A DNA stretch of 64,000 nt from an uncultured Gammaproteobacteria bacterium. Its GTDB lineage: Bacteria > Patescibacteriota > Microgenomatia > Levybacterales > GWA1-39-11. Below are positions 18,945 to 29,628 of this stretch, piece by piece (position 1 is the stretch's first letter; each line of letters opens with the position of its first letter). The position numbers and the translations under genes are program-made. The notes under the pieces were generated by a model that saw only the letters and a list, made by a program, of their open reading frames with translations, had not been told where the DNA came from and did not search any database. The stretch is from NCBI GenBank assembly GCA_964651815.1, contig CAZYWG010000011.1:1056-65055 (forward strand). Direction: 5' to 3'.

Positions 18945-20294
18945 TTATCTTCGAGCAATTGTGTAAGTTTGTGGAAAGTATAAGAAGGTAGCGGGTGCAT
19001 CATCTATAAAATATTTTTGGAAATCTGAATATATACTCTGCCTTCTTTCTATGTCTGTTGTTGATCTGCCGTCTTCAAGAAGTTTATCAATTCGCTTACT
19101 GTTGTAACGAGTTATATTATTTGGTTGTGCGGAGTGCCACAATGTATATTGGTCGGGATCCTGTGGTAATTTGATGGGATAAATTAAGACTTGAAAAGTT
19201 TGGGGCAATTCACTAACAATTTTTATTTTGGATTTTATACCAATTTTCTGCCACTCTCTCTGAACTATATTAGCAACGTCCAGGAATTCGTCTGTTGTTG
19301 AAATTTCTAGCGTTAATTTACCAATGTCTTTGTTTCCGGATATTAGATTTTTAGATATTGCTATGTCTGAAATTCCGTAATTTGGTGGCTTGGAAAAGTA
19401 GATTGACGTTGGGGGAATTGATGAATATGCTCTGTCTCCCAGAGAAAACCTGGACGGTATAGCAAAGGAAAGCGCTTCCCTGAGTTTTTTATCTGATAAA
19501 TTACTGTCATTATTATTGTAGAAAAGCGTTACAAGATCGGAATAATTTATGTTACGGGAGATATTTACATTTTTCCAACTTGAAAGATCCTGGTTATCAA
19601 GAGTCGAGTTATCAAGGTTATATGCCGTGTCTACTTCACCCAAAGCAAATCCCGTTTTCAAAGCATCTTGTGTGGGGTAAAAAATTATGGTTTTTTTAAC
19701 ACCAGCATTTTGTGTACTAACTAGAGTTAATGTATGAATAAAACCCGCGTTTATATCAATGTTCTTAATTTTGTAAAAACCAAGACCATATAGATTTTTT
19801 TCGAGAAGAGGATGTGAGGCTAAAGTGAGAAAAGGTGAATAAGGACTTTTGAGATCAAATTCTACAGTATATTTGTCAACATTTTTTCTCTTTACATCTG
19901 CAAAGGACAATGGAAGGCTTGTTGTATCAAGTTCGCGTCCATCATGGAAATACTGACCTCGTCTTATATAAAAAACATAAGTTTTGCCTTCATTTTTTAC
20001 GTCCCATTTATAAGCAGCAGCAGGAGCAATTGAGCCATCCTTATTCAGCTTTGTAAGGCCATATGAGACGTCTGAAATAATTTGCATTGGGATATTTCTT
20101 GCAGTGTATGACCCGGAATAACCAATTTTTTGGATCCTTTTTTCAAATACAGGCAAGATATAGAAGTTAAATGCTATAAGCGAGACAAAGAAAACAAGTG
20201 CACCAACAATAATTGAGGAGAAAATAGTTTTACTCCAGCGCCTTAAATATGCTTTTAATAGCCAAAAGTAATAGCGTCTCCTAACAATAGTCAT
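18945..20294 (-). CDS. Membrane-anchored solute-binding-protein family 5-like protein.
   Basis: N-terminal TM anchor. The central region has SBP_bac_5-like character (...YVFYIRRGQYFHDGRELDTTSL...). Confidence 0.4.
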   Translation of the reverse strand: MTIVRRRYYFWLLKAYLRRWSKTIFSSIIVGALVFFVSLIAFNFYILPVFEKRIQKIGYSGSYTARNIPMQIISDVSYGLTKLNKDGSIAPAAAYKWDVKNEGKTYVFYIRRGQYFHDGRELDTTSLPLSFADVKRKNVDKYTVEFDLKSPYSPFLTLASHPLLEKNLYGLGFYKIKNIDINAGFIHTLTLVSTQNAGVKKTIIFYPTQDALKTGFALGEVDTAYNLDNSTLDNQDLSSWKNVNISRNINYSDLVTLFYNNNDSNLSDKKLREALSFAIPSRFSLGDRAYSSIPPTSIYFSKPPNYGISDIAISKNLISGNKDIGKLTLEISTTDEFLDVANIVQREWQKIGIKSKIKIVSELPQTFQVLIYPIKLPQDPDQYTLWHSAQPNNITRYNSKRIDKLLEDGRSTTDIERRQSIYSDFQKYFIDDAPATFLYFPQTYTIARR

Positions 20295-20340
20295 GCATTA
20301 AATTTAATGAAGCAAATTTGTTTACCCATGAAAGCTGGGC

Positions 20341-20556
20341 CTAGATAAGGACAGCCAGAATCGAGAGACTAGCAAAAAGTAAAGCTAAAAATATCGTGGC
20401 ATAGAACAAAAATTTCTCAAGCCCCTTCTTGCTTCTATAGGATTGTGCTCCTCCTCCAAACGCGACACCAACGTCGGTCCCTCTGTTTTGTAGCATTACA
20501 ACTACAATTAAGACTACAGAGATTATTATTTGTAATACATTAATAATAAGTTTCAT
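20341..20556 (-). CDS. secG: Preprotein translocase subunit SecG.
   Basis: 71 aa, two TM helices, LQNRGTDVGVAFGGGAQSYRSKKGLEKFL typical of SecG. Confidence 0.7.
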   Translation of the reverse strand: MKLIINVLQIIISVVLIVVVMLQNRGTDVGVAFGGGAQSYRSKKGLEKFLFYATIFLALLFASLSILAVLI

Positions 20557-20957
20557 CTTTCAAAAATCCAGGAAAGAAATCTTCCGAGAAGGTATATTGT
20601 AGCAGAAACTGCCACTATTGACAAAATTCCTGAAATGTAGATTCGGTTTATGTGTATTCCAAGAAAAGTTATTCCCTGAAAAATAAAACTTGCAATTGCG
20701 ATATTATGGTAAAAATATGTCAATACAAGAAGCGAAACAAGTGTGCTCAAAAATGAAAGTAAACCAAGAGTCAAAAGGTTAAAAGGTAGTGTCACAATTT
20801 TAACAACTGGATCTATTATAATTGACAGTATTGAGAGTAAAATTCCTGCATAAATATATGTCGAAAAACCACCTCTCACAATAAGACCCGAAAATAAAAG
20901 TGATACTAAAAATAAGGATAGCGCATTCACAGCAGACCGTCTTATAATTTCCTTCAT
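20553..20957 (-). CDS. Hypothetical small integral membrane protein (4 TM).
   Basis: Hydrophobic profile. Overlaps the secG start by 4 nt. Confidence 0.4.
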   Translation of the reverse strand: MKEIIRRSAVNALSLFLVSLLFSGLIVRGGFSTYIYAGILLSILSIIIDPVVKIVTLPFNLLTLGLLSFLSTLVSLLVLTYFYHNIAIASFIFQGITFLGIHINRIYISGILSIVAVSATIYLLGRFLSWIFER

Positions 20958-20988
20958 GAGATTATCGTAACAGGCAAAGGCTTTCTTT

Positions 20989-22287
20989 TCAAATGTTTAA
21001 GGCTCGACGCCTCAATAACTTGTGGTATGTTATGGCAAATCTGTGTGCCTCATCCCTGATTCTTCTCAATAAATTTATTCCTGGAGTAGATGTAGGTAGT
21101 TTTACTTCAAGAAAATCTAGACCCAGCCCAGTTTTAACTGGCACGACTATTGTTTCCTCACGTTTTGCAAGACCAATGACTGGCACTTTATAATTTGTCT
21201 CAGCGTGTGCCTGTAAAACCGCAGAAACCTGGCCTTTTCCGCCATCTATAACCATAAGATTAGGTTTTTCCCAGTCCTCTCTTGCAATTCTTCTGCGCGC
21301 AACTTCCCTATGCATTTCAAAATCGTCCGGGGTTTTTTTAAATTTTATCTTAAATCTTCTATAATCATTTTTAGATACATCGCCATTTATAAATACAACC
21401 ATAGATCCTGTAGCGTTTTTCCCTGAAAAATTAGATATGTCATAGCATTCAATCCTATGCAAATTTCCAACGTCAAGTGCATATTTATTTAATATTTCCG
21501 AAAGAGAGGCTACTTCTGCCTTAATCCTTTCAAAGTAAAAATCAGGCTTTTCCTCGTATTTAAAGGGATTGTAATTTTCCTGAGTTATAAAATCAATTTT
21601 TTCAATTTTTTTCTGGATTTCAGACGCCTTTTCAAATTCTTCTAGCTTTATATATTCTTTTTGTTCGCCTAAAAGTTCTTTTACAACTTTTTCTTTACCG
21701 CCTTCAAGAAATGAGGTGAGACTCTTTAAATTCTTTCTATATTCCGGAAGTCTCTCCGGAAATACAGGTATACAAGGACATAATTTTAAGTGGTTATAAA
21801 GGCAACGTTTTGGAGGATGGTTTTTAACAGATTGAAAAGGAAAAATACGGCGTAAAATTCGCAAAATTATTTTAAGGTCAGTGACGTTTGTGTAGGGACC
21901 AAAATATGAAGCATTCTTCTCACCAGTCTTTCTAGTAATCACGACATATGGTATTTCATTTTTGGCATTTTTAATATTTCCTATTTTTAGGTATGGATAA
22001 AACTTATCATCAGACAATTTAATGTTATAGAGGGGTTTGTATTTTTTGATTAAAGATGCTTCTAGGAGGAATGCTTCTATTTCTGAACCAACAACTATAT
22101 GGTCTAAATTTTTAGCCTCTCCAACCAATCTTAAGGTCTTTGAGTCAAGCGCTTTATTTGAAAAGTAATTTGAAATGCGTTTTTTAAGGTCTTTTGCTTT
22201 CCCAACATAAATAACATCACCGTTTCCGGCCTTGAAAATATATACTCCAGGTTTTGAAGGTAACGCTCGCCACAATTGTTGATCCAC
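20989..22287 (-). CDS. uvrC: UvrC-like excinuclease subunit, short form (GIY-YIG plus UvrC core, lacking the C-terminal HhH module).
   Basis: N-term PSKPGVYIFKAGNGDVIYVGKAKDLKKRISNYF (GIY-YIG). C-term RRIRDEAHRFAITYHKLLRRR (UvrC motif). 432 aa against about 600 for canonical UvrC. The 5' end overlaps the preceding ORF by 71 nt. Confidence 0.6.
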   Translation of the reverse strand: MDQQLWRALPSKPGVYIFKAGNGDVIYVGKAKDLKKRISNYFSNKALDSKTLRLVGEAKNLDHIVVGSEIEAFLLEASLIKKYKPLYNIKLSDDKFYPYLKIGNIKNAKNEIPYVVITRKTGEKNASYFGPYTNVTDLKIILRILRRIFPFQSVKNHPPKRCLYNHLKLCPCIPVFPERLPEYRKNLKSLTSFLEGGKEKVVKELLGEQKEYIKLEEFEKASEIQKKIEKIDFITQENYNPFKYEEKPDFYFERIKAEVASLSEILNKYALDVGNLHRIECYDISNFSGKNATGSMVVFINGDVSKNDYRRFKIKFKKTPDDFEMHREVARRRIAREDWEKPNLMVIDGGKGQVSAVLQAHAETNYKVPVIGLAKREETIVVPVKTGLGLDFLEVKLPTSTPGINLLRRIRDEAHRFAITYHKLLRRRALNI

Positions 22288-24046
22288 AGATTATAATTCC
22301 TCCAAGCACAAGCAGATAATAGTCTGGAAGCATTCCAACATTAATTGTCCTTTGAAGATAGTACCCATCAAAACCGATTTTAACTTGAATTGAACGTGTT
22401 GTCAAAAATGGTGTCTTATCAAAAGATACTGTGATGGTTTTTGTCCCATACGGGAGAATTGTACCAACATAATAACTTTGTTTTTTTGGAGTGAAATTAG
22501 AATTTACATTTAGTGTCTTATTTCTTAAAGGCACATTCCCTTTGTTTTGAATACTTATTGTGCCAATTATTGGAAAGCCTGAAAATGCCTGGTTTGGAAA
22601 GTTTGGAATAATTGAAGAATTAATAGTATCATTAAATCTGTCTTCCCCGTTCAAGGTAATGTTTACGTCTTTTGAATTACCACTAAGCTTGTATTCTCCA
22701 GCTGGAACAGGATATGTGCTGCTTTGGCCTTTAATTGCAAACACAATATGGTCAAAATCAAGGTCGTTAAAATAGTCTAGCCCGTGAGTTGTGTTTCCCC
22801 AAGTTGGATCAACCATAATCCATGTCTTACTTTTCCCATCATAATATTCTGGCCAAGAATGGAGGACATCTGCAACCAAGGAAAGCGGCCTGAGTCTGCT
22901 ATTATCAGTATACGCGTATCCCTCTACTTCTCGAGCCGGAATGTTAGCAGCTCTTGCAAGTGCTACAAATAAATCCGTGAATTCAAGGCAAACCGCAAAA
23001 TTTGGTTTGTTTAAAGCGCCTTCCGCACCAAGCCTTACATTGCTGCCGGAAATTTTGTCATAGTTATATGAGAGAGTTTTTAAAACGTATTTATAAATTG
23101 CCTCGGGAGTTTTTAATTTTTGGGCGAGAGACTTTATTTCTTGGTTGTCAGACTCCCAATATTTGTCCGGTTTTAAATCTTCTTTGGAAGGCTGTTGAGA
23201 AGTTTGTGTACTATTTGAGAATACTTTTACAACTACATTTGCCACAATATCTTTCTTCTCACCCGGTTTTAAGTTATATGTTGCAAGCCAATTTCCGTCT
23301 TTGTCCTGGTAAACATCTGCAGGTTCTGGTTTTATTGATAAAATTCGCGCGTCCTGGTAGTTAGTTTGTGGTGGAAGGGCAATTTCAGTTTTCACCGGAA
23401 CTATTTGAGAATCAACCAGATGATAAGAAAGCTTTAGAGTATAAAATTGATGATCACCAAATACAATAAATATTCCTGCTTTGCCAATTTCATCTTTTGA
23501 ATAATCGTATGTTGTAGAGTTTTTAAATTTTTTGTATGGCTTGAGAATACTAGGTGTGCCAAAGGATTCGGGTACCGTCACATCCGAGGTGTAGTCTGTA
23601 AAGTTTGCCGGATCAGATATCCCTGGTATTGAGACCTCCCAAGTATTTCCTTTATTTTTTGCGATATTCGATGTGGTATAGGTAATAGTAAATTGATTTT
23701 TAGTCCCAATTCCTACAATCCGTTTTGGAAATGAAACGCCAATACTCTTCCCTTGTGAATCTTTTTTTACGGCGTTAGGCAACACTCCATCTTTACTACT
23801 CGCGTGAACGTCTCGTACATCACTAAAACCTACGGAGACCGTATATGAAGGACTATAAACAAACTGTGTTTTATTTTTAATTGTGACATTTTGAGTAACC
23901 TTAGTATCCCCGTTTTCTTGGACGTTATAAGTAACGGCAGTTGAAATATCAAAATCTTTATCAGCGTATGACTGAGCACGAAAATACGAGAAAATAAAGC
24001 ACAGGAAAAATAAGATGAATATAAAAGAAATTGGTTTGAATTTCAC
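22217..24046 (-). CDS. Secreted transglutaminase-like domain protein with C-terminal TM anchor.
   Basis: Signal peptide. Transglutaminase-core Cys motif CLEFTDLFVALARAANIPAREVEGYAY. C-terminal hydrophobic helix. Confidence 0.6.
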   Translation of the reverse strand: MKFKPISFIFILFFLCFIFSYFRAQSYADKDFDISTAVTYNVQENGDTKVTQNVTIKNKTQFVYSPSYTVSVGFSDVRDVHASSKDGVLPNAVKKDSQGKSIGVSFPKRIVGIGTKNQFTITYTTSNIAKNKGNTWEVSIPGISDPANFTDYTSDVTVPESFGTPSILKPYKKFKNSTTYDYSKDEIGKAGIFIVFGDHQFYTLKLSYHLVDSQIVPVKTEIALPPQTNYQDARILSIKPEPADVYQDKDGNWLATYNLKPGEKKDIVANVVVKVFSNSTQTSQQPSKEDLKPDKYWESDNQEIKSLAQKLKTPEAIYKYVLKTLSYNYDKISGSNVRLGAEGALNKPNFAVCLEFTDLFVALARAANIPAREVEGYAYTDNSRLRPLSLVADVLHSWPEYYDGKSKTWIMVDPTWGNTTHGLDYFNDLDFDHIVFAIKGQSSTYPVPAGEYKLSGNSKDVNITLNGEDRFNDTINSSIIPNFPNQAFSGFPIIGTISIQNKGNVPLRNKTLNVNSNFTPKKQSYYVGTILPYGTKTITVSFDKTPFLTTRSIQVKIGFDGYYLQRTINVGMLPDYYLLVLGGIIICGSTIVASVTFKTWSIYFQGRKR

Positions 24047-24084
24047 TGTTATCTAATGATAACAAATTTAACTAGGCTTAGAAT

Positions 24085-24867
24085 TTAATACAACTTTGCG
24101 AGGCCGTTTTGTAAAACTTTATCAAAACTCATTTTAAGAAAAACTAGAGATCCCGCAAGGTAAATAATATCAATAACAAAAGCGGCAATTAGCATATTCA
24201 TGTTTACTTGTTGCTTGAGAATAACCTGTCGCATTCCTTCAAAGATATAACTTGGCGGAATAAGAAGTGCCACTTTTTGAGCCCATACTGGTAAGGTAGA
24301 CACTGAATAGTATATTGCGGAAAAAGGCGAGATAAGCGCCATGGTTGACCACGCAAGAGTTTGGATTTTCGTTGTATAACGCAAGATTAGTCCAGAGACA
24401 AAAAATCCAACAGAATATGCGAACAAAGTAAGTAGAGCAAGAAATGGCAAAAGATAAAATCCCTGGCTAAAGATGTTCATTTTATAAAGCACAAGTGCGA
24501 GTAGAGCTGCCACAAAAAAACTAACAGTAGATTTTGTTACGGCTGTAATAACTATTGAAGTTATCCATTCTGGAAAAGTAAGTGGGGTTGTAAAAATATT
24601 CACCATATTCCTGTTCCATAATACTTCTAAAAGGCCAAATGATATTTCTCTTTGTCCCTGATAGACAATGGTCCAAAGAACAAGCCCGGACATAATAATT
24701 GGGATAAGCGTTGGGATGTTTGAATTCCTTGTAAAATAAAGGCTCGTTAATCCCCATACAATAACGTCTATTGTTGGCCAGTAAAAAACGTCAGTGATCC
24801 TATCAGGACTACTCTTCAAAATATAAAGATAATGTAAAATTGTGCCTTTAATTCTATAAAATTTCAT
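24085..24867 (-). CDS. ABC-2 type transporter permease.
   Basis: 6-TM profile, adjacent to and overlapping the ATPase gene. Confidence 0.6.
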   Translation of the reverse strand: MKFYRIKGTILHYLYILKSSPDRITDVFYWPTIDVIVWGLTSLYFTRNSNIPTLIPIIMSGLVLWTIVYQGQREISFGLLEVLWNRNMVNIFTTPLTFPEWITSIVITAVTKSTVSFFVAALLALVLYKMNIFSQGFYLLPFLALLTLFAYSVGFFVSGLILRYTTKIQTLAWSTMALISPFSAIYYSVSTLPVWAQKVALLIPPSYIFEGMRQVILKQQVNMNMLIAAFVIDIIYLAGSLVFLKMSFDKVLQNGLAKLY

Positions 24868-25780
24868 GGTTTGTCCCCTTTCCTATAACTTGTAAAAAAT
24901 AATCCTCAAGCGAGGGTCTTTCTATGCTAATTTCACTATACGAAACGTTACTTTTATTTAGATTCTGCAAAAGTGAAGGTATTTTAGAACTTTCAAGTGA
25001 GATGTATATCGATTTTCCATCGATTTCATATTTTAACTTCTCTGAGGCACAATATGATGTAACTTTTTTCAGATTTTTTTCAATAAATAATTCAACGCGG
25101 CAGATTTTTATTGATTTGATAAGAGCAGCCGGAGTATCGTTTGCAATAATTTTACCGTTGTTTATTACTATTACCCTATCGCATAGCTCTTCAACTTCTG
25201 CCATATTATGAGATGTGATGATAACTGAAACTTTGTATTCTTTCCTTTCTTTCAACACAAGGTTTCTAATATATTTTGCAATTTCAACGTCAAGTGAAGC
25301 GGTGGGTTCGTCAAGTAGCAAAATTTTTGGGTAATTAATAAAAGCCTTTGCCATATTTACTTTGGTCAATTGCCCTGCTGACAAGTCTGCCATTATCTTC
25401 TTTTCTATATCCTCCATTTTAAAAAGTTTAATTATCTCCCTAACTCTTTGTTTTCTGTCTTTAATTAAAAACATGTGTGAAATCCAAGTTAAATTCTCTT
25501 TAACCGTTAGATACCAAGGCAAATTAGTATAAGTAGAAGAAAAACCTATCTGCTCCATGATTTCCGTCCTTTGATTTTTCAGTTTTTTCCCAAAATAATA
25601 CACCTCACCAGCACTTGGCGTTAGAATCCCTAAAAGCATTTGTATTGTTGTTGTTTTTCCAGCTCCATTTGGGCCTAAAATTCCAAGAATTTCGCCCTCT
25701 TTGAGCTGAATTGAAACATTATCAACCGCAACAAAATCACCAAATTTTTTACTAAGACTTTTAGTCTCAAGAATATACAT
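24854..25780 (-). CDS. ABC transporter ATP-binding protein.
   Basis: Walker A GPNGAGKTT, signature LSAGQ, Walker B LLLDEPTASLD. Confidence 0.85.
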   Translation of the reverse strand: MYILETKSLSKKFGDFVAVDNVSIQLKEGEILGILGPNGAGKTTTIQMLLGILTPSAGEVYYFGKKLKNQRTEIMEQIGFSSTYTNLPWYLTVKENLTWISHMFLIKDRKQRVREIIKLFKMEDIEKKIMADLSAGQLTKVNMAKAFINYPKILLLDEPTASLDVEIAKYIRNLVLKERKEYKVSVIITSHNMAEVEELCDRVIVINNGKIIANDTPAALIKSIKICRVELFIEKNLKKVTSYCASEKLKYEIDGKSIYISLESSKIPSLLQNLNKSNVSYSEISIERPSLEDYFLQVIGKGTNHEIL

Positions 25781-25832
25781 AAAATTATTGTAACAAGCAG
25801 AGGAATTATATGCTATCGAGGAACTTGGAAAA

Positions 25833-28712
25833 TTAGAGCTCTCTTTTTAGATATTGGCCTGTGTAAGAAGTAGGGTTATTGGCAATTTGTATAGGAGTGC
25901 CTGTTGCAAGAATTTTACCTCCTGCGTCTCCCCCCTCAGGTCCAAGATCTATTATCCAGTCTGCATTTTTAATTATATCAAGATTATGCTCAATTACAAT
26001 AACAGTGTTTCCCTTTTCAACTAGACGCCTCATAACACCAATTAATTTTTCAAGGTCTGCAAAGTGAAGCCCCGTTGTTGGCTCATCAAGTAAATATAAA
26101 CTGCTATTGTTCCCTTTTTTAGAAAGTTCTGACGCAAGCTTTATTCTTTGAGCTTCCCCTCCAGAAAGCGTAGTTGCTGCCTGCCCAAGTTTTATGTAAG
26201 AAAGCCCCACTTCTTTAAGCGTTGCGAGTTTGTTGAATAGACCTTCATGGAATGAAAGAAAATCAAGGGCTTCGTCAACGCTCATTCCAAGAACCTCTGA
26301 AATATTTTTTCCTTCAAAATCAATTTCAAGAGTGTCTTGTGTGTAGCGTGTTCCATTGCAAGTCTCACAAGTTACAAAAACATCAGGTAAAAATTGCATT
26401 TCTATTTTAATCTGCCCTTCCCCTTCACATGTTTCGCATCTGCCTCCCCTTACGTTAAATGAAAATCTTCCAGGTCCATACCCTCTCATGCGTGCTTCAC
26501 GAGAATTTGCAAACAAATCACGAATGTAAGTAAAAGCTCCGGTGTAGGTGGCAGGGTTTGATCTTGGTGTCCTTCCAATTGGAGATTGGTCAATCATAAA
26601 TACTCGTTTTAGCATTTCGTCCCCAATTATTTCATCAAACGATCCGGGTTTTTCTTTGTGAAATGGATTTTTCCGTAGTGCTAATACATGATACAAAACG
26701 TCATTAATTAAAGTAGATTTTCCACTTCCGGAAACGCCTGTCACGCAAACAAGTGAACCAAGCGGGAATTTTACATCAACATTTTTTAAGTTGTGGGCAC
26801 TGACTCCTTTAAGTTCTAAATAGTTTTCTATTTTATTGATATTGAAATTGTGGTTTTTATTAGTAATTTTCTTTTTTCCGGAAAGATAAGCACCCGTTAT
26901 AGAGTTTGGGTCATCAATTATTTCCTGTGCTGTCCCTTTTGAAATAATTCTACCGCCAGCTTCTCCCGCCGCCGGTCCGATATCAAAAATATAGTCAGCC
27001 TCCATCATCATCTCACGGTCATGCTCAACAACTATGACGGAATTACCAAGATCTCTTAGCTTTTTTAGAGTATTTATTAGTTTTGTATTGTCTCTTGGGT
27101 GAAGACCAATTGAAGGTTCATCGAGAACATACAAAACGCCTGACAAACCCGAACCAATTTGGGACGCCAATCTGATCCTTTGTGCTTCTCCCCCGGCAAG
27201 CGTTTGGGCGGAGCGTGACAGAGTTAAATAAGAAAGGCCAACGTCAATCAAAAACTTAAGCCTGGTTGTAATTTCCCGCAATATTATTTTTGCAATTTGT
27301 TTTTCGCGTGAAGAAAGTTTATCAAACAAAGTTGAAATGAATTCAAAAGATTTTTCTATTGACTGGTCGGATAAACCCACAATAGATAGGTCATCTATAG
27401 TAATTGATAATGCCTCGGGTTTTAACCGTTTTCCGTGGCATTCTTCACAAACAAGTTCTGTCATAAATTTTTCAATTTCGTGCTTAATAAGATCAGATTC
27501 TGATTCGTTATGGCGTTTTAGAAGGTAATTAACTACACCAGTATATGGCTCATAAATTTTGGTATTGTCACCAAAACGGTTTTTTCCTTTCACCTCATAA
27601 AGCTCGTCGCCTGTTCCATATAAAACTATTTTCTTCTGCGCATCCGTAAGTTCCCGAATTTCAACCCTAAGCGGAACATTGTTTTTTTCAAGCGCTTGCT
27701 TAACAGTCCTTGCTGTCCAAGTGTCCTGTTCACCAATATTTGCAAACGCCAAAATCCCGCCCTCATTAATAGAGAGGTGAGGGTTTAAAACCAGATCTTC
27801 GTCAACTGACTGAATAACGCCAAGCCCGTTACATGTTGGGCAAGCACCGTATGGTGAATTAAAGGAAAAAAGTCTAGGTTCAATTTCCTGGAGTGCAAGT
27901 CCGCATTTTGGGCAAGCAAATTTCTCAGAATAAAATGTGTCTTCCATGCTTTTTGGTTTTTCAGGGATTGAAAACCCTTTATCTTTAATTTCCGTTACAA
28001 CTAATTCCCGACTTCCCAAATTTAAGGCTTGTTCAACGGAATCAACCAATCGTTGCCTTTCAAAATTTTTATCTAACGCCAAACGGTCAACTACGGCTTC
28101 AATTGTATGTTTGTTAGTTTTAATCAAAACTAAATCTTCGTCTAACCCAAAAATAATTCCATCAATTCTTACCCTTTGAAACCCACGCTTTTTTAAATCC
28201 TTAAATAGATCTGAATATTCCCCTCGTCTGCCCTTTACAATTGGTGCCAGAACCATAATTCTTACTGGCGCTACTCTCACAAATTTCATAATAATATCTT
28301 CAACAATTTTTTCTTTTGTGGTCCTTGATATTTCCGTTCCGTCATTTGGACAATGAGGGTGCCCTATCCTTGCGTACAAAAGCCTGAGATAATCGTAAAT
28401 TTCGGTTACTGTTCCGACAGTAGAACGAGGGTTATGGGAAGTTGACTTTTGATCGATTGAGATAGAGGGAGACAATCCTTCAATCAAGTCAACATCAGGT
28501 TTTTTCATAATACCCAAAAATTGCCTGGCGTAAGACGAAAGACTTTCTACATAACGCCTTTGCCCTTCAGCATAAATAGTGTCAAATGCAAGAGAACTTT
28601 TACCGCTTCCAGAAAGTCCGGTAAAAACCACAAGTTTATACTTTGGTATCTCCAAATCAACGTCTTTAAGATTATGTTCACGAGCTCCTTTAACTATAAT
28701 TTTGTCTATCAT
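25833..28712 (-). CDS. uvrA: Excinuclease ABC subunit A.
   Basis: 959 aa. Two ABC modules ([20 protein letters not shown]), Zn-finger CxxC pairs, [17 protein letters not shown]-terminus. Confidence 0.95.
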   Translation of the reverse strand: MIDKIIVKGAREHNLKDVDLEIPKYKLVVFTGLSGSGKSSLAFDTIYAEGQRRYVESLSSYARQFLGIMKKPDVDLIEGLSPSISIDQKSTSHNPRSTVGTVTEIYDYLRLLYARIGHPHCPNDGTEISRTTKEKIVEDIIMKFVRVAPVRIMVLAPIVKGRRGEYSDLFKDLKKRGFQRVRIDGIIFGLDEDLVLIKTNKHTIEAVVDRLALDKNFERQRLVDSVEQALNLGSRELVVTEIKDKGFSIPEKPKSMEDTFYSEKFACPKCGLALQEIEPRLFSFNSPYGACPTCNGLGVIQSVDEDLVLNPHLSINEGGILAFANIGEQDTWTARTVKQALEKNNVPLRVEIRELTDAQKKIVLYGTGDELYEVKGKNRFGDNTKIYEPYTGVVNYLLKRHNESESDLIKHEIEKFMTELVCEECHGKRLKPEALSITIDDLSIVGLSDQSIEKSFEFISTLFDKLSSREKQIAKIILREITTRLKFLIDVGLSYLTLSRSAQTLAGGEAQRIRLASQIGSGLSGVLYVLDEPSIGLHPRDNTKLINTLKKLRDLGNSVIVVEHDREMMMEADYIFDIGPAAGEAGGRIISKGTAQEIIDDPNSITGAYLSGKKKITNKNHNFNINKIENYLELKGVSAHNLKNVDVKFPLGSLVCVTGVSGSGKSTLINDVLYHVLALRKNPFHKEKPGSFDEIIGDEMLKRVFMIDQSPIGRTPRSNPATYTGAFTYIRDLFANSREARMRGYGPGRFSFNVRGGRCETCEGEGQIKIEMQFLPDVFVTCETCNGTRYTQDTLEIDFEGKNISEVLGMSVDEALDFLSFHEGLFNKLATLKEVGLSYIKLGQAATTLSGGEAQRIKLASELSKKGNNSSLYLLDEPTTGLHFADLEKLIGVMRRLVEKGNTVIVIEHNLDIIKNADWIIDLGPEGGDAGGKILATGTPIQIANNPTSYTGQYLKREL

Positions 28713-28848
28713 GGGGTGACTTTAAGAATGTTTTTAATAAAACTTAAAGTTTTCTATTATAACCCTTATGTTCCACCCAGAGCAAGCCCTTACAAAATAG
28801 GAAGTGTCGAATGCTATTTTTGAAGCCAATTTTATGAAGTAGACGATT

Positions 28849-29532
28849 CTACACCAAATCAGGCAGAAAAGTATGGGTCCAATCGGATATATTTGTGACA
28901 GTACGAAGTTTTACCTCCTCGTCAATTGGCGGATCAAAAAAATTATCTGATAGATAAAAAAAGGTGCCGTTTGTTTTGTTTTTGGCTACCGTAAAGCCGT
29001 TATGCGCAACTCTATCAAATAACGCAAAATAAAGTAATAATGAACCGGACATCACAACTTCAAAAGAACTATCCGATGCATCTTCTATTTGGTCAAGACC
29101 TACTCTTTGCTCCAGTCTGTTAAGTATTACGCCAGATTTTAAGTCGAGAGCTAAACGAAAGAAATTCCTACCTGTTTGTTCTGCCCGCGTTCTTCGTGAA
29201 GCGTGTTCCGACAACCACTCTCGGCTGAACTTTCCTGTTCTTGCTCCGGTAAGAAGTGCCGAATCTATTCTTTCACCGATGTGCGAGCCTACTCTATAGG
29301 CTTCAATTTCAAACCCGTCGGAAGCAAGCCTCGTGGCTTCATCCGTCAAATACATACTTTGTTGAAACATTAAGCTTACTGAACCAAACTTTACAACTTT
29401 CTCAGCTCTTTTCAATACTCTTGGGGTTTTGGGTCCTAAATCAACAATAAAAGGGAATTTATCGTTAAAACTTAGGTCAGCATCTTTCCTTTGTGGTGGA
29501 ATTTCGTAATTCATATAGCAAAATTGTAGCAT
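28849..29532 (-). CDS. Hypothetical protein (higher GC).
   Basis: Long ORF, no recognisable motif. True start possibly at an internal Met. Confidence 0.35.
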   Translation of the reverse strand: MLQFCYMNYEIPPQRKDADLSFNDKFPFIVDLGPKTPRVLKRAEKVVKFGSVSLMFQQSMYLTDEATRLASDGFEIEAYRVGSHIGERIDSALLTGARTGKFSREWLSEHASRRTRAEQTGRNFFRLALDLKSGVILNRLEQRVGLDQIEDASDSSFEVVMSGSLLLYFALFDRVAHNGFTVAKNKTNGTFFYLSDNFFDPPIDEEVKLRTVTNISDWTHTFLPDLV

Positions 29533-29628
29533 ATCAGTGCGCTTTCTTTAATACCAGCTCCTTACTTACAAATTCTTACATTGGGAAGTCAATTGCTTGC
29601 AAAATAATTATGCTGTATTATACAAAAT

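Noticed and set aside
23002-23364. 120-aa plus-strand ORF within the transglutaminase-like gene
   Set aside because: Antisense shadow ORF.
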